DNA of 64,000 nt from Octopus vulgaris (taxonomy: Eukaryota), in contig OX597815.1 of NCBI GenBank assembly GCA_951406725.2, forward strand, positions 158,782,001 through 158,846,000, in the 5' to 3' direction. The position numbers were made by a program, and so were the translations under genes. The notes beneath the pieces are model-generated. The model was not told where the DNA came from, searched no databases, and saw nothing but the letters and a program-made list of their open reading frames with translations. Position 1 is the first letter of the stretch. The number at the start of each line of letters is the position of its first letter. Of this stretch, positions 52,312-63,875 are shown one piece after another.

Positions 52312-53640
52312 ATGAGCCGCCTCCATCAAGCGGAGGAGATGGAAGGGAGAATTTACTCTGAAATTTCGACGGAAGTATCGACATCTGAGGAGGAGTTGGT
52401 GGTGAAAAAGATGGAAGGCACCTACGCAGGTGTAACGAAGAAGTCAACGGAAAGAGAGATAGACCTGGCTAAGTTGGCGGGCCTCCAGGAGTTTGTGAAG
52501 GAGGACGAGAACGGTGAAGTTGAGCTGCTGCATCCAGTAGGGCGCGGAGACTGGTTCCATCGTAGAACCATTAAATATAAAGTATTTATGAATGGAGGTA
52601 GAAAGATGGAAGTAATTAACATGGAAGTAATTGAAGAGGCTCTCAAGCAGACAGGAGAGGAAATTGTGTACATGACAAAAGGATTACAATACGGAACCAT
52701 AACGGTGCAATTTAAAAGTGAAAAAGCAGCCAGGAATGTAGCAGCCAAGGTGGTGAGTACAGAAAAGATTTACTTGTTACCCTCGTATCTGAATAGGCGG
52801 ACAACCAGAATTAGGGTGGAGGGAATACCTCCACACCTAGAGGGCGAATTAATAACGGCTGCGGTTATAAAAGGAAATGAAGATAAAGTGGACATCCTCC
52901 ACGCCATTATGAAGTATGAAGGCGTGAGAGGTGCCACACTAGTTATGAACATTCAAACGGAGGCGGATGTTATAGAGAGGATTACGGACAGCATAAAAAC
53001 TGGAAATATTATTATGAGAGTGTGGGTGGAGGGTAGGGCGCCCAGGTGCTACAAGTGTGGCCAAAGGGGTCACATAAGAGCCTACTGCCCTCCCCCACCA
53101 AAGGAAAAAGAAAAGGAAAGCGTTGAGGAAGCCTCAGGAGAGGAAGAAAATAAACAGAAACAAACAGAGAAGGAAACGACAGAAGAAGAGGAGATGCAAC
53201 AAGAGTGGAAAGAAGGGGGAACAAAGAGAAAAAGAAGGAAAAAGAAAAACTGTGCGAAGCCCCAACCCACCCCGACACCACCCATACCCTTGGAGTCCCA
53301 TCCTTCCCCTGCAAACAGTGATTCCACCCACTCCCCGCCTACAAGAAAAATAAAAACAGACACACAGAGCAAAGAAAGTCCCAAGACCCATTTTTTATGT
53401 GTTATACATGGGAAAGACATACAAAACGTTAAAAAACTGGTGTTAACCAAGTGGTACGAACACGAAGATTGGAGCTACACGGCTGTGGATAGTGATGATA
53501 CGGGTATATTGGCGACAAGGTTTGAGGAAGAGGGTGTGTGTTGGAAGTCAGTGGAAATGAAAGATGAATGGATAGAGAGGGCTAAAAGAAAAACGAATGT
53601 TATGATAGATAAAACAGGAATACTAATTGGAAATGGGTGA
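52312..53640 (+). CDS. ORF1/Gag-like CCHC zinc-knuckle protein, copy 3
   Basis: Translation identical to copy 2. Confidence 0.85.
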   Translation: MSRLHQAEEMEGRIYSEISTEVSTSEEELVVKKMEGTYAGVTKKSTEREIDLAKLAGLQEFVKEDENGEVELLHPVGRGDWFHRRTIKYKVFMNGGRKMEVINMEVIEEALKQTGEEIVYMTKGLQYGTITVQFKSEKAARNVAAKVVSTEKIYLLPSYLNRRTTRIRVEGIPPHLEGELITAAVIKGNEDKVDILHAIMKYEGVRGATLVMNIQTEADVIERITDSIKTGNIIMRVWVEGRAPRCYKCGQRGHIRAYCPPPPKEKEKESVEEASGEEENKQKQTEKETTEEEEMQQEWKEGGTKRKRRKKKNCAKPQPTPTPPIPLESHPSPANSDSTHSPPTRKIKTDTQSKESPKTHFLCVIHGKDIQNVKKLVLTKWYEHEDWSYTAVDSDDTGILATRFEEEGVCWKSVEMKDEWIERAKRKTNVMIDKTGILIGNG

Positions 53641-53993
53641 AGAAGGACAGATAAGTGATGCTGGCGGATGGGGCCGTCGGTATCACTCTCATATATCATT
53701 TTCATATTCCATTTTGCTCATATATATGTAATTGTGATGTTCCATGTCCCCAATGTTTGTAACGTCCCCTCTATGTAGCCCCTAGTGGGTAATAAAGAAA
53801 TCAGTTTGAGTCGGTAAGCAGGATTGTTGTGTTTTTTGCTCTCTGTAAGAAATTCGGTAAAAAGAAAAAAGAACAAAAAGTGAATGGTCGTTGTTGTAAA
53901 ATTTTGAACATAGTTGATGCGGTTTCGCGTCTCACTGGTTCTGCGCGTTACACTTTTTCGGTTCGGGAGGCCGTTTTTCGGCCGGAGGCGACT

Positions 53994-55322
53994 ATGAGCC
54001 GCCTCCATCAAGCGGAGGAGATGGAAGGGAGAATTTACTCTGAAATTTCGACGGAAGTATCGACATCTGAGGAGGAGTTGGTGGTGAAAAAGATGGAAGG
54101 CACCTACGCAGGTGTAACGAAGAAGTCAACGGAAAGAGAGATAGACCTGGCTAAGTTGGCGGGCCTCCAGGAGTTTGTGAAGGAGGACGAGAACGGTGAA
54201 GTTGAGCTGCTGCATCCAGTAGGGCGCGGAGACTGGTTCCATCGTAGAACCATTAAATATAAAGTATTTATGAATGGAGGTAGAAAGATGGAAGTAATTA
54301 ACATGGAAGTAATTGAAGAGGCTCTCAAGCAGACAGGAGAGGAAATTGTGTACATGACAAAAGGATTACAATACGGAACCATAACGGTGCAATTTAAAAG
54401 TGAAAAAGCAGCCAGGAATGTAGCAGCCAAGGTGGTGAGTACAGAAAAGATTTACTTGTTACCCTCGTATCTGAATAGGCGGACAACCAGAATTAGGGTG
54501 GAGGGAATACCTCCACACCTAGAGGGCGAATTAATAACGGCTGCGGTTATAAAAGGAAATGAAGATAAAGTGGACATCCTCCACGCCATTATGAAGTATG
54601 AAGGCGTGAGAGGTGCCACACTAGTTATGAACATTCAAACGGAGGCGGATGTTATAGAGAGGATTACGGACAGCATAAAAACTGGAAATATTATTATGAG
54701 AGTGTGGGTGGAGGGTAGGGCGCCCAGGTGCTACAAGTGTGGCCAAAGGGGTCACATAAGAGCCTACTGCCCTCCCCCACCAAAGGAAAAAGAAAAGGAA
54801 AGCGTTGAGGAAGCCTCAGGAGAGGAAGAAAATAAACAGAAACAAACAGAGAAGGAAACGACAGAAGAAGAGGAGATGCAACAAGAGTGGAAAGAAGGGG
54901 GAACAAAGAGAAAAAGAAGGAAAAAGAAAAACTGTGCGAAGCCCCAACCCACCCCGACACCACCCATACCCTTGGAGTCCCATCCTTCCCCTGCAAACAG
55001 TGATTCCACCCACTCCCCGCCTACAAGAAAAATAAAAACAGACACACAGAGCAAAGAAAGTCCCAAGACCCATTTTTTATGTGTTATACATGGGAAAGAC
55101 ATACAAAACGTTAAAAAACTGGTGTTAACCAAGTGGTACGAACACGAAGATTGGAGCTACACGGCTGTGGATAGTGATGATACGGGTATATTGGCGACAA
55201 GGTTTGAGGAAGAGGGTGTGTGTTGGAAGTCAGTGGAAATGAAAGAGGAATGGATAGAGAGGGCTAAAAGAAAAACGAATGTTGTGATAGATAAAACAGG
55301 AATATTAATTGGAAATGGGTGA
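53994..55322 (+). CDS. ORF1/Gag-like CCHC zinc-knuckle protein, copy 4
   Basis: As copy 2 with C-terminal D>E and M>V. Confidence 0.85.
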   Translation: MSRLHQAEEMEGRIYSEISTEVSTSEEELVVKKMEGTYAGVTKKSTEREIDLAKLAGLQEFVKEDENGEVELLHPVGRGDWFHRRTIKYKVFMNGGRKMEVINMEVIEEALKQTGEEIVYMTKGLQYGTITVQFKSEKAARNVAAKVVSTEKIYLLPSYLNRRTTRIRVEGIPPHLEGELITAAVIKGNEDKVDILHAIMKYEGVRGATLVMNIQTEADVIERITDSIKTGNIIMRVWVEGRAPRCYKCGQRGHIRAYCPPPPKEKEKESVEEASGEEENKQKQTEKETTEEEEMQQEWKEGGTKRKRRKKKNCAKPQPTPTPPIPLESHPSPANSDSTHSPPTRKIKTDTQSKESPKTHFLCVIHGKDIQNVKKLVLTKWYEHEDWSYTAVDSDDTGILATRFEEEGVCWKSVEMKEEWIERAKRKTNVVIDKTGILIGNG

Positions 55323-55673
55323 AGAAGGACAGATAAGTGATGCTGGCGGATGGGGCCGTCGGTATCACTCTCATATATCATTTTCATATTCCATTTTGCT
55401 CATATATATGTAATTGTGATGTTCCATGTCCCCAATGTTTGTAACGTCCCCTCTATGTAGCCCCTAGTGGGTAATAAAGAAATCAGTTTGAGTTGGTAAG
55501 CAGGATTGTTGTGTTTTTTGTTCTCTGTGAAATTCGGTAAAAAGAAAAAAGAACAAAAAGTGAATGGTTGTTGTTGTAAAATTTTGAACATAGTTGATGC
55601 GGTTTCGCGTCTCACTGGTTCTGCGCGTTACACTTTTTCGGTTCGGGAGGCCGTTTTTCGGCCGGAGGCGACT

Positions 55674-57002
55674 ATGAGCCGCCTCCATCAAGCGGAGGAG
55701 ATGGAAGGGAGAATTTACTCTGAAATTTCGACGGAAGTATCGACATCTGAGGAGGAGTTGGTGGTGAAAAAGATGGAAGGCACCTACGCAGGTGTAACGA
55801 AGAAGTCAACGGAAAGAGAGATAGACCTGGCTAAGTTGGCGGGCCTCCAGGAGTTTGTGAAGGAGGACGAGAACGGTGAAGTTGAGCTGCTGCATCCAGT
55901 AGGGCGCGGAGACTGGTTCCATCGTAGAACCATTAAATATAAAGTATTTATGAATGGAGGTAGAAAGATGGAAGTAATTAACATGGAAGCAATTGAAGAG
56001 GCTCTCAAGCAGACAGGAGAGGAAATTGTGTACATGACAAAAGGATTACAATACGGAACCATAACGGTGCAATTCAAAAGTGAAAAAGCAGCCAGGAATG
56101 TAGCAGCCAAGGTGGTGAGTACAGAAAAGATTTACTTGTTACCCTCGTATCTGAATAGGCGGACAACCAGAATTAGGGTGGAGGGAATACCTCCACACCT
56201 AGAGGGCGAATTAATAACGGCTGCGGTTATAAAAGGAAATGAAGATAAAGTGGACATCCTCCACGCCATTATGAAGTATGAAGGCGTGAGAGGTGCCACA
56301 CTAGTTATGAACATTCAAACGGAGGCGGATGTTATAGAGAGGATTACGGACAGCATAAAAACTGGAAATATTATTATGAGAGTGTGGGTGGAGGGTAGGG
56401 CGCCCAGGTGCTACAAGTGTGGCCAAAGGGGTCACATAAGAGCCTACTGCCCTCCCCCACCAAAGGAAAAAGAAAAGGAAAGCGTTGAGGAAGCCTCAGG
56501 AGAGGAAGAAAATAAACAGAAACAAACAGAGAAGGAAACGACAGAAGAAGAGGAGATGCAACAAGAGTGGAAAGAAGGGGGAACAAAGAGAAAAAGAAGG
56601 AAAAAGAAAAACTGTGCGAAGCCCCAACCCACCCCGACACCACCCATACCCTTGGAGTCCCATCCTTCCCCTGCAAACAGTGATTCCACCCACTCCCCGC
56701 CTACAAGAAAAATAAAAACAGACACACAGAGCAAAGAAAGTCCCAAGACCCATTTTTTATGTGTTATACATGGGAAAGACATACAAAACGTTAAAAAACT
56801 GGTGTTAACCAAGTGGTACGAACACGAAGATTGGAGCTACACGGCTGTGGATAGTGATGATATGGGTATATTGGCGACAAGGTTTGAGGAAGAGGGTGTG
56901 TGTTGGAAGTCAGTGGAAATGAAAGAGGAATGGATAGAGAGGGCTAAAAGAAAAACGAATGTTGTGATAGATAAAACAGGAATACTAATTGGAAATGGGT
57001 GA
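55674..57002 (+). CDS. ORF1/Gag-like CCHC zinc-knuckle protein, copy 5
   Basis: As copy 2 with V>A, T>M, D>E and M>V. Confidence 0.85.
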   Translation: MSRLHQAEEMEGRIYSEISTEVSTSEEELVVKKMEGTYAGVTKKSTEREIDLAKLAGLQEFVKEDENGEVELLHPVGRGDWFHRRTIKYKVFMNGGRKMEVINMEAIEEALKQTGEEIVYMTKGLQYGTITVQFKSEKAARNVAAKVVSTEKIYLLPSYLNRRTTRIRVEGIPPHLEGELITAAVIKGNEDKVDILHAIMKYEGVRGATLVMNIQTEADVIERITDSIKTGNIIMRVWVEGRAPRCYKCGQRGHIRAYCPPPPKEKEKESVEEASGEEENKQKQTEKETTEEEEMQQEWKEGGTKRKRRKKKNCAKPQPTPTPPIPLESHPSPANSDSTHSPPTRKIKTDTQSKESPKTHFLCVIHGKDIQNVKKLVLTKWYEHEDWSYTAVDSDDMGILATRFEEEGVCWKSVEMKEEWIERAKRKTNVVIDKTGILIGNG

Positions 57003-59512
57003 AGAAGGACAGATAAGTGATGCTGGCGGATGGGGCCGTCGGTATCACTCTCATATATCATTTTCATATTCCATTTTGCTCATATATATGTAATTGTGAT
57101 GTTCCATGTCCCCAATGTTTGTAACGTCCCCTCTATGTAGCCCCTAGTGGGTAATAAAGAAATCAGTTTGAGTTGGTAAGCAGTTTACTGTGAGCCGTGG
57201 TAGAGAGGGGGTGAGTCTCATGTAATAGTAATAGTAGTGCGTGGTGTAAACGCTTTCTTTTTCCCTGCTCCATTATATTATATGTCCAATACAAAGATAA
57301 AAAATATCGAGCAAATACTCCTGAGAACCACGATGAAAACTAATTCCTATTTAAGTTACGATGCTTCCATTTACTTTCAGTCTCTAAGTTGTGTCTTAAT
57401 TCAGATATAACATTCGAAATTCATAATAGGTATTCTTACAGTGTCATAAGGCCACCAAATTAAGAAGTGTGAGGCTGATTCTATCAAACGCTTCTGGTAT
57501 TTAATTTATTGTTTTTCAGGGAGGAAAGATAACGTTCATAATGGTGGATTTTAAAATGAAAACTTAAACGAACGTAACGAAAATACCTTTCCGAATTTTA
57601 TCAATTTTATCAAATTTTACTTACTGGAACGATTGTAGAGATGCCGTTTTATTCACACTGAACTGCTTTCCGGATATACCTTACATAAAATATCTACTTG
57701 AGAGTAGGATATGGCCTCCAAACTAACCCTCGGTTAAGTCTGGAGACATTACTTTGAAAAAAGCCGATGGGAAAGAAAAAGCATTACCTCTGTGTTTTCA
57801 GTCCTGTCTACAATATTACTGCATCTCTTCGACCCACCATCATTAATGGATGGATGGATGGAAGTATAACTACCATCTCGTCTGCCTATACTTTTTCTTC
57901 ACTGGGCATACTTACGCATTGATTCTCAGATCAATATAAACGCTCGCACATATATATGTTTAGAGATGATTATTGAAATGTTCATTAGTTACTAAAGCAA
58001 AAATAGATACGAAAAATATCGATATTGATCATGATTAAATACACGATCAAGAAAACTGCCATGTACCCCCGTGTTCTATCCTCACAAAAGAAAAAAAAAA
58101 CGTAATAGAGTGGTCTTCGAAATGGATTCTGCTGAAAACAGGATCCATCTACACATGATAACATCCATTGGTTTTCATTTCACAAGTAAACAACAAAGTC
58201 ATTGAAGGGAAGAAACACTGGTCTTAAACGTGTACATGGAAGCTGGTTTGTCATCTTCACAGACACGTCTAGATGGTTTCATTACCATACCTATACAGCT
58301 TATCCTAAACTAAGAGTGATCGTCAACGTTAGCGTAAGCCAAGTGTATTTTGCCAATTATTCTGAAAAATATTCAAGAAAAATATGCTCACACTATCCTC
58401 GTCAATCCCCGAAGGAACCTCTAGTATATCGTCACTTATGCTCTACGCTAACTTTCTATAAAATACAACCAACCATATTATTATCAAGATAGTAGTGGTA
58501 TTTAAATGTTTTACCAGAAACCAGATACCAAGTGCCCATTATTGATCTACAGCGGTTGAATCAATCAAATAAATCGTGATAAACAAACCAAATCTAGTAA
58601 AGAACAAGTAGACTTAATCACCTTCCAGAAATGTCTGGATTTTGTAACCCCATTACAGACTTTCTCATCATCAGCCTTGGTATTCTAAGGATCCCATGAA
58701 ATCAGTGTTACAGCAAATGAACTTTCTGACCAAACCTGTTCTTTTACGGCAACCAATGTGGCAGGTTTATAGATCTCGTTAGATATTTCATTGGGTAAGT
58801 GAGATATGGGGTCCAGAGAGTATCACATCACTAAATTAATGGAGAGGTTAATCATCTTAACGTGTCATTCCAGAAGCAACAACTTCATTTTAGTCCATTT
58901 CTAAGAATAATCATCCTGCACATCCCTTCGTCATCGTTCCTATCCATCTGGTGGAGTTTTAGCATGCAAGAGCAAAATGCTTAGCGGCATTTCGTCCGTC
59001 TTTACGTTCTAAATTCAAATGCCGCCAGGGTCGACTTTGCCTTTCATCTTTTCGAGAATGATCTAAGTACCAGTTGAGTACTGGGATCGATGTAATCGAC
59101 TTAGCCCCTCCCACGAAAGAAACCAATATTGTTTTAAAATATGAACAGTTTTACTAAGTCATCTGCCTGGCGACAAATAATGACCACCATGCACAAGGAC
59201 TTTCAATTATTTCAGAGTATCTTTTGATCGTGCCCGTCTTCAATAGTGAAACGACTTCTTGGCTCAAATAACTAAAGCTTCTGCAATATAAGTTCCAACC
59301 AAAGTACGAGTGAACAATTTTGGTATGTTTAAATGATAGGTTTTCTAGGGGGAAACGATCTTTCAGTCTTAGAGGTTTGCACTCCGTGTAATAGCTGATC
59401 AGTATATCAACTACATAGAGCGCCGCCGCAAATTTTTCACGCCATTTTCTTGAAAACCGTCGCTCTTCTATTAAACTGTACACGCCAACTTCTTCCTCTT
59501 GTTGGAGATTAA

Positions 59513-59732
59513 CCCTTTAGCATTCAGATTATTCTGTCAAATGTAAAGCCTGTTTAATCATATTGTTTAAAATTAATTGTACAGCATCTTGTAACTCTGA
59601 GATTTTGATGATGTCCCTGTTTATTTTTAGAATGACTTTGTAGGGTAGGTGTGAGAGGTCAGAGCTGGCTGGTTTGAGCATATAACAGGAAGACAATTTT
59701 GGCCTGGTATGGCCGGTTTAAATACTAAAGGG
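59513..59732. mobile_element. piggyBac-type MITE
   Basis: TTAA|CCCTTTAGCATT ... AATACTAAAGGG|TTAA: TTAA TSD and CCC/GGG termini with a 12-bp TIR (1 mismatch). Confidence 0.75.
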
Positions 59733-59939
59733 TTAAAGATAAGGTTTGTAGTTGAGAAAGGCGGGTTTTTTTTATTGCAGATTGTTACCTTCTCTTCACG
59801 GCTGATAGCTATGAAAGAATGGTCTGATCATTCTAACAATTGTAGTTGCTTTGAATCTGGTGAACGGTGCTTTCCGAAAATTCAGAGGCCGAATTCTGTG
59901 TGACCAGAGTACATATTTTGAATATTATTTTTCTTGGTA

Positions 59940-60607
59940 AGCTGGCAGAATCGTTAGCACACCGGATAAGATGCTTAACGGCATTTCGTCTATCTTTACG
60001 TTCTGCGTTCAAATTCCGCCGTGATCGACTTTGCATTTCATCTTTTGGAGGTCGATAAAATAAGTACCAGTCAAGCACAGGATCGATTTAATCAACTCGC
60101 CGCCTCCCTCAAATTTTCATGCCTTGTGCCGTTGATGTTACCATTTTTATGGCAATTGTTGGGATAGTTTGTCAATAAATAGCTGTTAACAAGATTACAA
60201 TTATATTTTCAGGCAGGAAGTGTAGGTTCAGTGCCCAATCACGGCCAGCTTTGTCTTTTATTCACCCGAGATCAATAACAAAAATAATAGTATTATTGTA
60301 TAGTAAAGTGAATCACTCAATTCCTATCCAAGAAGAAAAGAAATATCTAGGTTGCTAGTCAAAAATAATATTTATACAAATATAAAGGCGGCGAGCTGGC
60401 AAAATCGTTAGCATGCCGGGCAAAATGCTTAGCGGCATTTCGCCCGTCTTTACGTTCTGAGTTCAAATTCTGCCAAGGTCGACTTTGCCTTTCATCCTTT
60501 CGATAAATTAATGGTCGATAAATTAAGTACCACTGAAACATTGGGATCAATGTAATCGATTTGTCCCCTCTCCCAAAATTTCAGGCCTTGTGCCTATAGT
60601 AGAAAAG

Positions 60608-60666
<59 letters not shown>

Positions 60667-60880
60667 GGCAGTCAGCTGGCAGAATCGTTATCGAGGCTGG
60701 CACAATGTTTAGCGGCATTTCGTCCGTCTTTACGTCCTGAGTTCAAATTCCGCCGAAGTCCATTTTGCCTTCCATCCTTTCGGGATCGATAAAATAAATA
60801 CCACTTGAGCACTGGGATAGATTTAACTGACTTACCCACTCCACCGAAATTGCTGGCCTTCTGTCAAAAATTTGAAATTA
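59940..60880 (+). mobile_element. Cluster of three family B SINEs (59940-60130, 60387-60608, 60667-60880)
   Basis: Family B head and core with the short tail; (ATT)n follows the second copy. Confidence 0.8.
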
Positions 60881-61766
60881 GTTGAGATGCGATCCTTTTT
60901 CTCTCAATCTCTGAAGATCTAAATTTGAAAAGCATATCGTGAAATCAACGTGAATAATATTCGAGTCCTTTTACGTTGGTCAATGAACACTTATTCATTG
61001 TACTCTTTACATTACTTATGCAGCCAAAGATAGTCAGACTTAATGTTGGTAATAGCTCTAATACATTGCATACGAATACGAGTTGGAAAGAAATAAACAC
61101 GACTTTGCACTCTCAGTAAATTAGCTTAAATCTTACATTGGTATTTACGAATTATTTCGATAAAACTGTAAATTAAACAAAAAGAAGTCTAGCTTTTAAT
61201 TCTTTCAATTCGATATTTGCATTTCTATTTTCTGCTGAGTTAGTTACTCCATAAACTTCTTTTTTCACTAAGGATATGTCGTCAAATAATTTCCTTAATA
61301 GATTATATAAAAGTTTCTATTTCTTTTTTTCTACTTTGTTTTAGAGAAGCTTTAAGTGCGAATATTTACGTCACTAATTTCGTATGAAAAGTGATGGAAA
61401 AAGTCTAAAGAATTTAACTGATTTTTCAATGACTTTTAATCATGTTATTTCAGAAACTTTTCTCCTTTCTCAAAACAAACTACGACCCAAAGTAAATAAA
61501 ATAAAGAAATAGAAGTGCAGTAAAATACTAAGTAAAAAGAAGATAGAAAAACAAAATAACTAAAGACATTCATACTTTTAAAAGTAAAAGTAAATATGTC
61601 TAGATTTGTAAAATAAATAAATAACGAAGAATAAAGTCTCTGAGAAAGCAATTTGTGACTACATTCAATTAGATATGTTCAGAAAGTATTCATATATCTA
61701 CGCACATCATATGTAACTACTCTTTTAAAGAATAATGCATAAACGCAAGCACACGCATACTCACAA

Positions 61767-62323
61767 ACGTATCTACAATATACACGTAAATGCTAAAATA
61801 ATTTTATAAAGAACATTTCAGTACCGGTTTCAGTCATTTTGAGACCTTTTCAACTGTAACGATTATATAATTAAATTTAGAAAAATTAAAAGAAAAGTCT
61901 TTTTAAAAGAATATTTGTATAGTGTTCAAGTATAAGTAGCATTTTCCTTGTTTCTGCCTTTCTCTGTCTCTCTTGTTTACACTTGTTGGTTCCAGGTGGT
62001 TGTGAATTCTTCGTAGGGAAGAAGAAGAAGAAGAAGGATGAGGAGAAAGGGGTGGGGGTAGAATTTGGGAGTGCCTTGATTGTCGTATTTTGAGTGGTCA
62101 GTGGCGGCTAGCAGTTGCAGTTCAATTCATGAGAATATTTCTATTGAAAGGTTTGTTTATAGAATTTGCGTAGGTGTTATACTAAAAAGCATTAGTGATA
62201 AAGTTAGGAAGTAGAAGGGGGAGAAGAAGAAGAAGAAGAAGAAGAAGAAGAAGAAGAAGAAGAAGATGAAGAAGAAGAAGAAGAAGATGATGATGATGAT
62301 AGCGATAATGATGAGGATGACGA

Positions 62324-62365
<42 letters not shown>

Positions 62366-62550
62366 GTATATATATATATATATATTGGTAAATATATATA
62401 TATATTGGTAAATATATGTGTGTGCATATATATGCACACGCATAAACATACATATATACATATATGTATGTATGTACGTGTATATGTATGAGTATATATA
62501 TATATAAGATTTATATAGTTTATGCTTACGTATCTACAATATACACGTAA
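61767..62550 (-). mobile_element. Penelope-like fragment bounded by a 23-bp direct repeat
   Basis: ACGTATCTACAATATACACGTAA at 61767-61789 and 62528-62550; hammerhead-like fold on the minus strand at 61819-61856. Confidence 0.5.
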
Positions 62551-62853
62551 GCATGTGTGTACGTGTGCGTGTAATTAACGCACATCGTTTCGTTATGCGT
62601 CTGGTTAAAAAGCTTGTTGGAAATATGTTAACCAATTTCATGCTGAGCCGTTTGAATTTAATTGCGGGTACCACTTATTAGTTTAAGAAGAGTATGTATG
62701 CATAGAAAATGAGTCAGAAAAATGACATTTGCGACATTAGTAAAACGTCATACAATACAAACTGCAAAGTCGCTCTAATCAGTTCTCTACTTTAAGGAGA
62801 CTTATGCGCAATATTTCCTCAGCGAACATTCAGCTTGTGAGTTAAATGCAATA

Positions 62854-62902
<49 letters not shown>

Positions 62903-62957
62903 TTGAGCCCTACGCTGTTGTTTTTTGAAAGAGTTCAGCTACATAATTTTTCATTAC

Positions 62958-62993
<36 letters not shown>

Positions 62994-63395
62994 GCTGAAT
63001 GAATTATCTTATTATGGATAATTCGGTTAACCGATACCTGGGTAGCAAATTCACGTCAGAAAAACATGGTTGAAGCTACATGCCTAGGGCAGAGATCACG
63101 TGCTTTCGTGTGGAAATTTGTGTGTTTTTTAAATACAAATAAATGAAAAAATGGAGTTGAACGACGAATTAACAAAATTCCTTTATTATCGCTATGGGCT
63201 CTGTGTGGGCAGTCATCTAAAAGTTTTTGTGCATCTTGATGCTGACATAAGTTCCTTTTTTTCCCGATGAGATGGCGGCATAATGCACCCCTTATTCCTT
63301 CGAAATTATATATATATATATATATATTTTATTTAATGTAGGATAAAATTTTATCAATGGCCAGCATATTAACAAATACCTTTAAAGATTAAAAT

Positions 63396-63841
63396 TATAA
63401 ACAACTTATAAATAAGGGCAAACGAAAAAATTTCTAATGCCAAATATGCTGAAAATTGGACATATTGTCCATTACCATATAATTTATCACAATACGCACA
63501 CTACTCGAAAAAAACCGACAGAAATTTCTAAAAGATTCCATTATTACCATATCGGACCGATTTCAGGGTTAGTTCGTAAGAACCCTCCCTTCGTCAGTGA
63601 TAAATGTGGTAAAGAAATAAATATTTATTTCATTTATTTCTTTACCACATTTGTCACTTACGAACTAACCCTGAAATCGGTCCGATATGGTAATAATGGA
63701 ATTTTTAGAAATTTCTGTCGGCTTTTTTTCCAGTAGCGTGCGTATTGTGATAAATTATATGGTAATGGACAATATGTCCAATTTTCGGCACATTTGGCAT
63801 TAGAAATTTTTTCGTTTGCCCTTATTTATAAGTTGTTTATA
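63396..63841. mobile_element. Foldback (almost fully palindromic) MITE-like element
   Basis: 63396-63580 is the near-perfect reverse complement of ~63657-63841; the centre is a second hairpin (63595-63658); TA-rich flanks. Confidence 0.85.
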
Positions 63842-63875
63842 TATATATTTATATTTTTATGTGCGTGTGTGTGTG

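Larger units (their letters stand above)
48772..57183 (+). mobile_element. Five-copy tandem array of a ~1.66-kb ORF1-only (HAL1-like, Tx1/L1-related) non-autonomous retroelement
   Basis: Units start at 48791, 50462, 52142, 53822 and 55504 and each ends ...GTGGGTAATAAAGAAATC. The 19-mer AGTTTGAGT(C/T)GGT(A/G)AGCAG occurs six times (both ends and all junctions). One ORF per unit; no RT. Confidence 0.85.
48686..57293 (+). mobile_element. Putative Gypsy 3' LTR (48686-48790 plus 57184-57293) interrupted by the tandem array
   Basis: Begins TG after the PPT; candidate end ...CAATACA at 57293. No 5' LTR was found to confirm the right boundary. Confidence 0.5.

Noticed and set aside
48742-57067. Antisense and alternate-frame ORFs repeated in each array unit
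   Set aside because: Shadows of the purine-rich sense ORF; their repetition just reflects the tandem duplication.
48772-57183. CRISPR-like or LTR-bounded reading of the 19-bp repeats
   Set aside because: Eukaryotic context, and the intervening units are near-identical 1.66-kb sequences rather than unique spacers. There are no TG..CA termini, PBS or PPT per unit.
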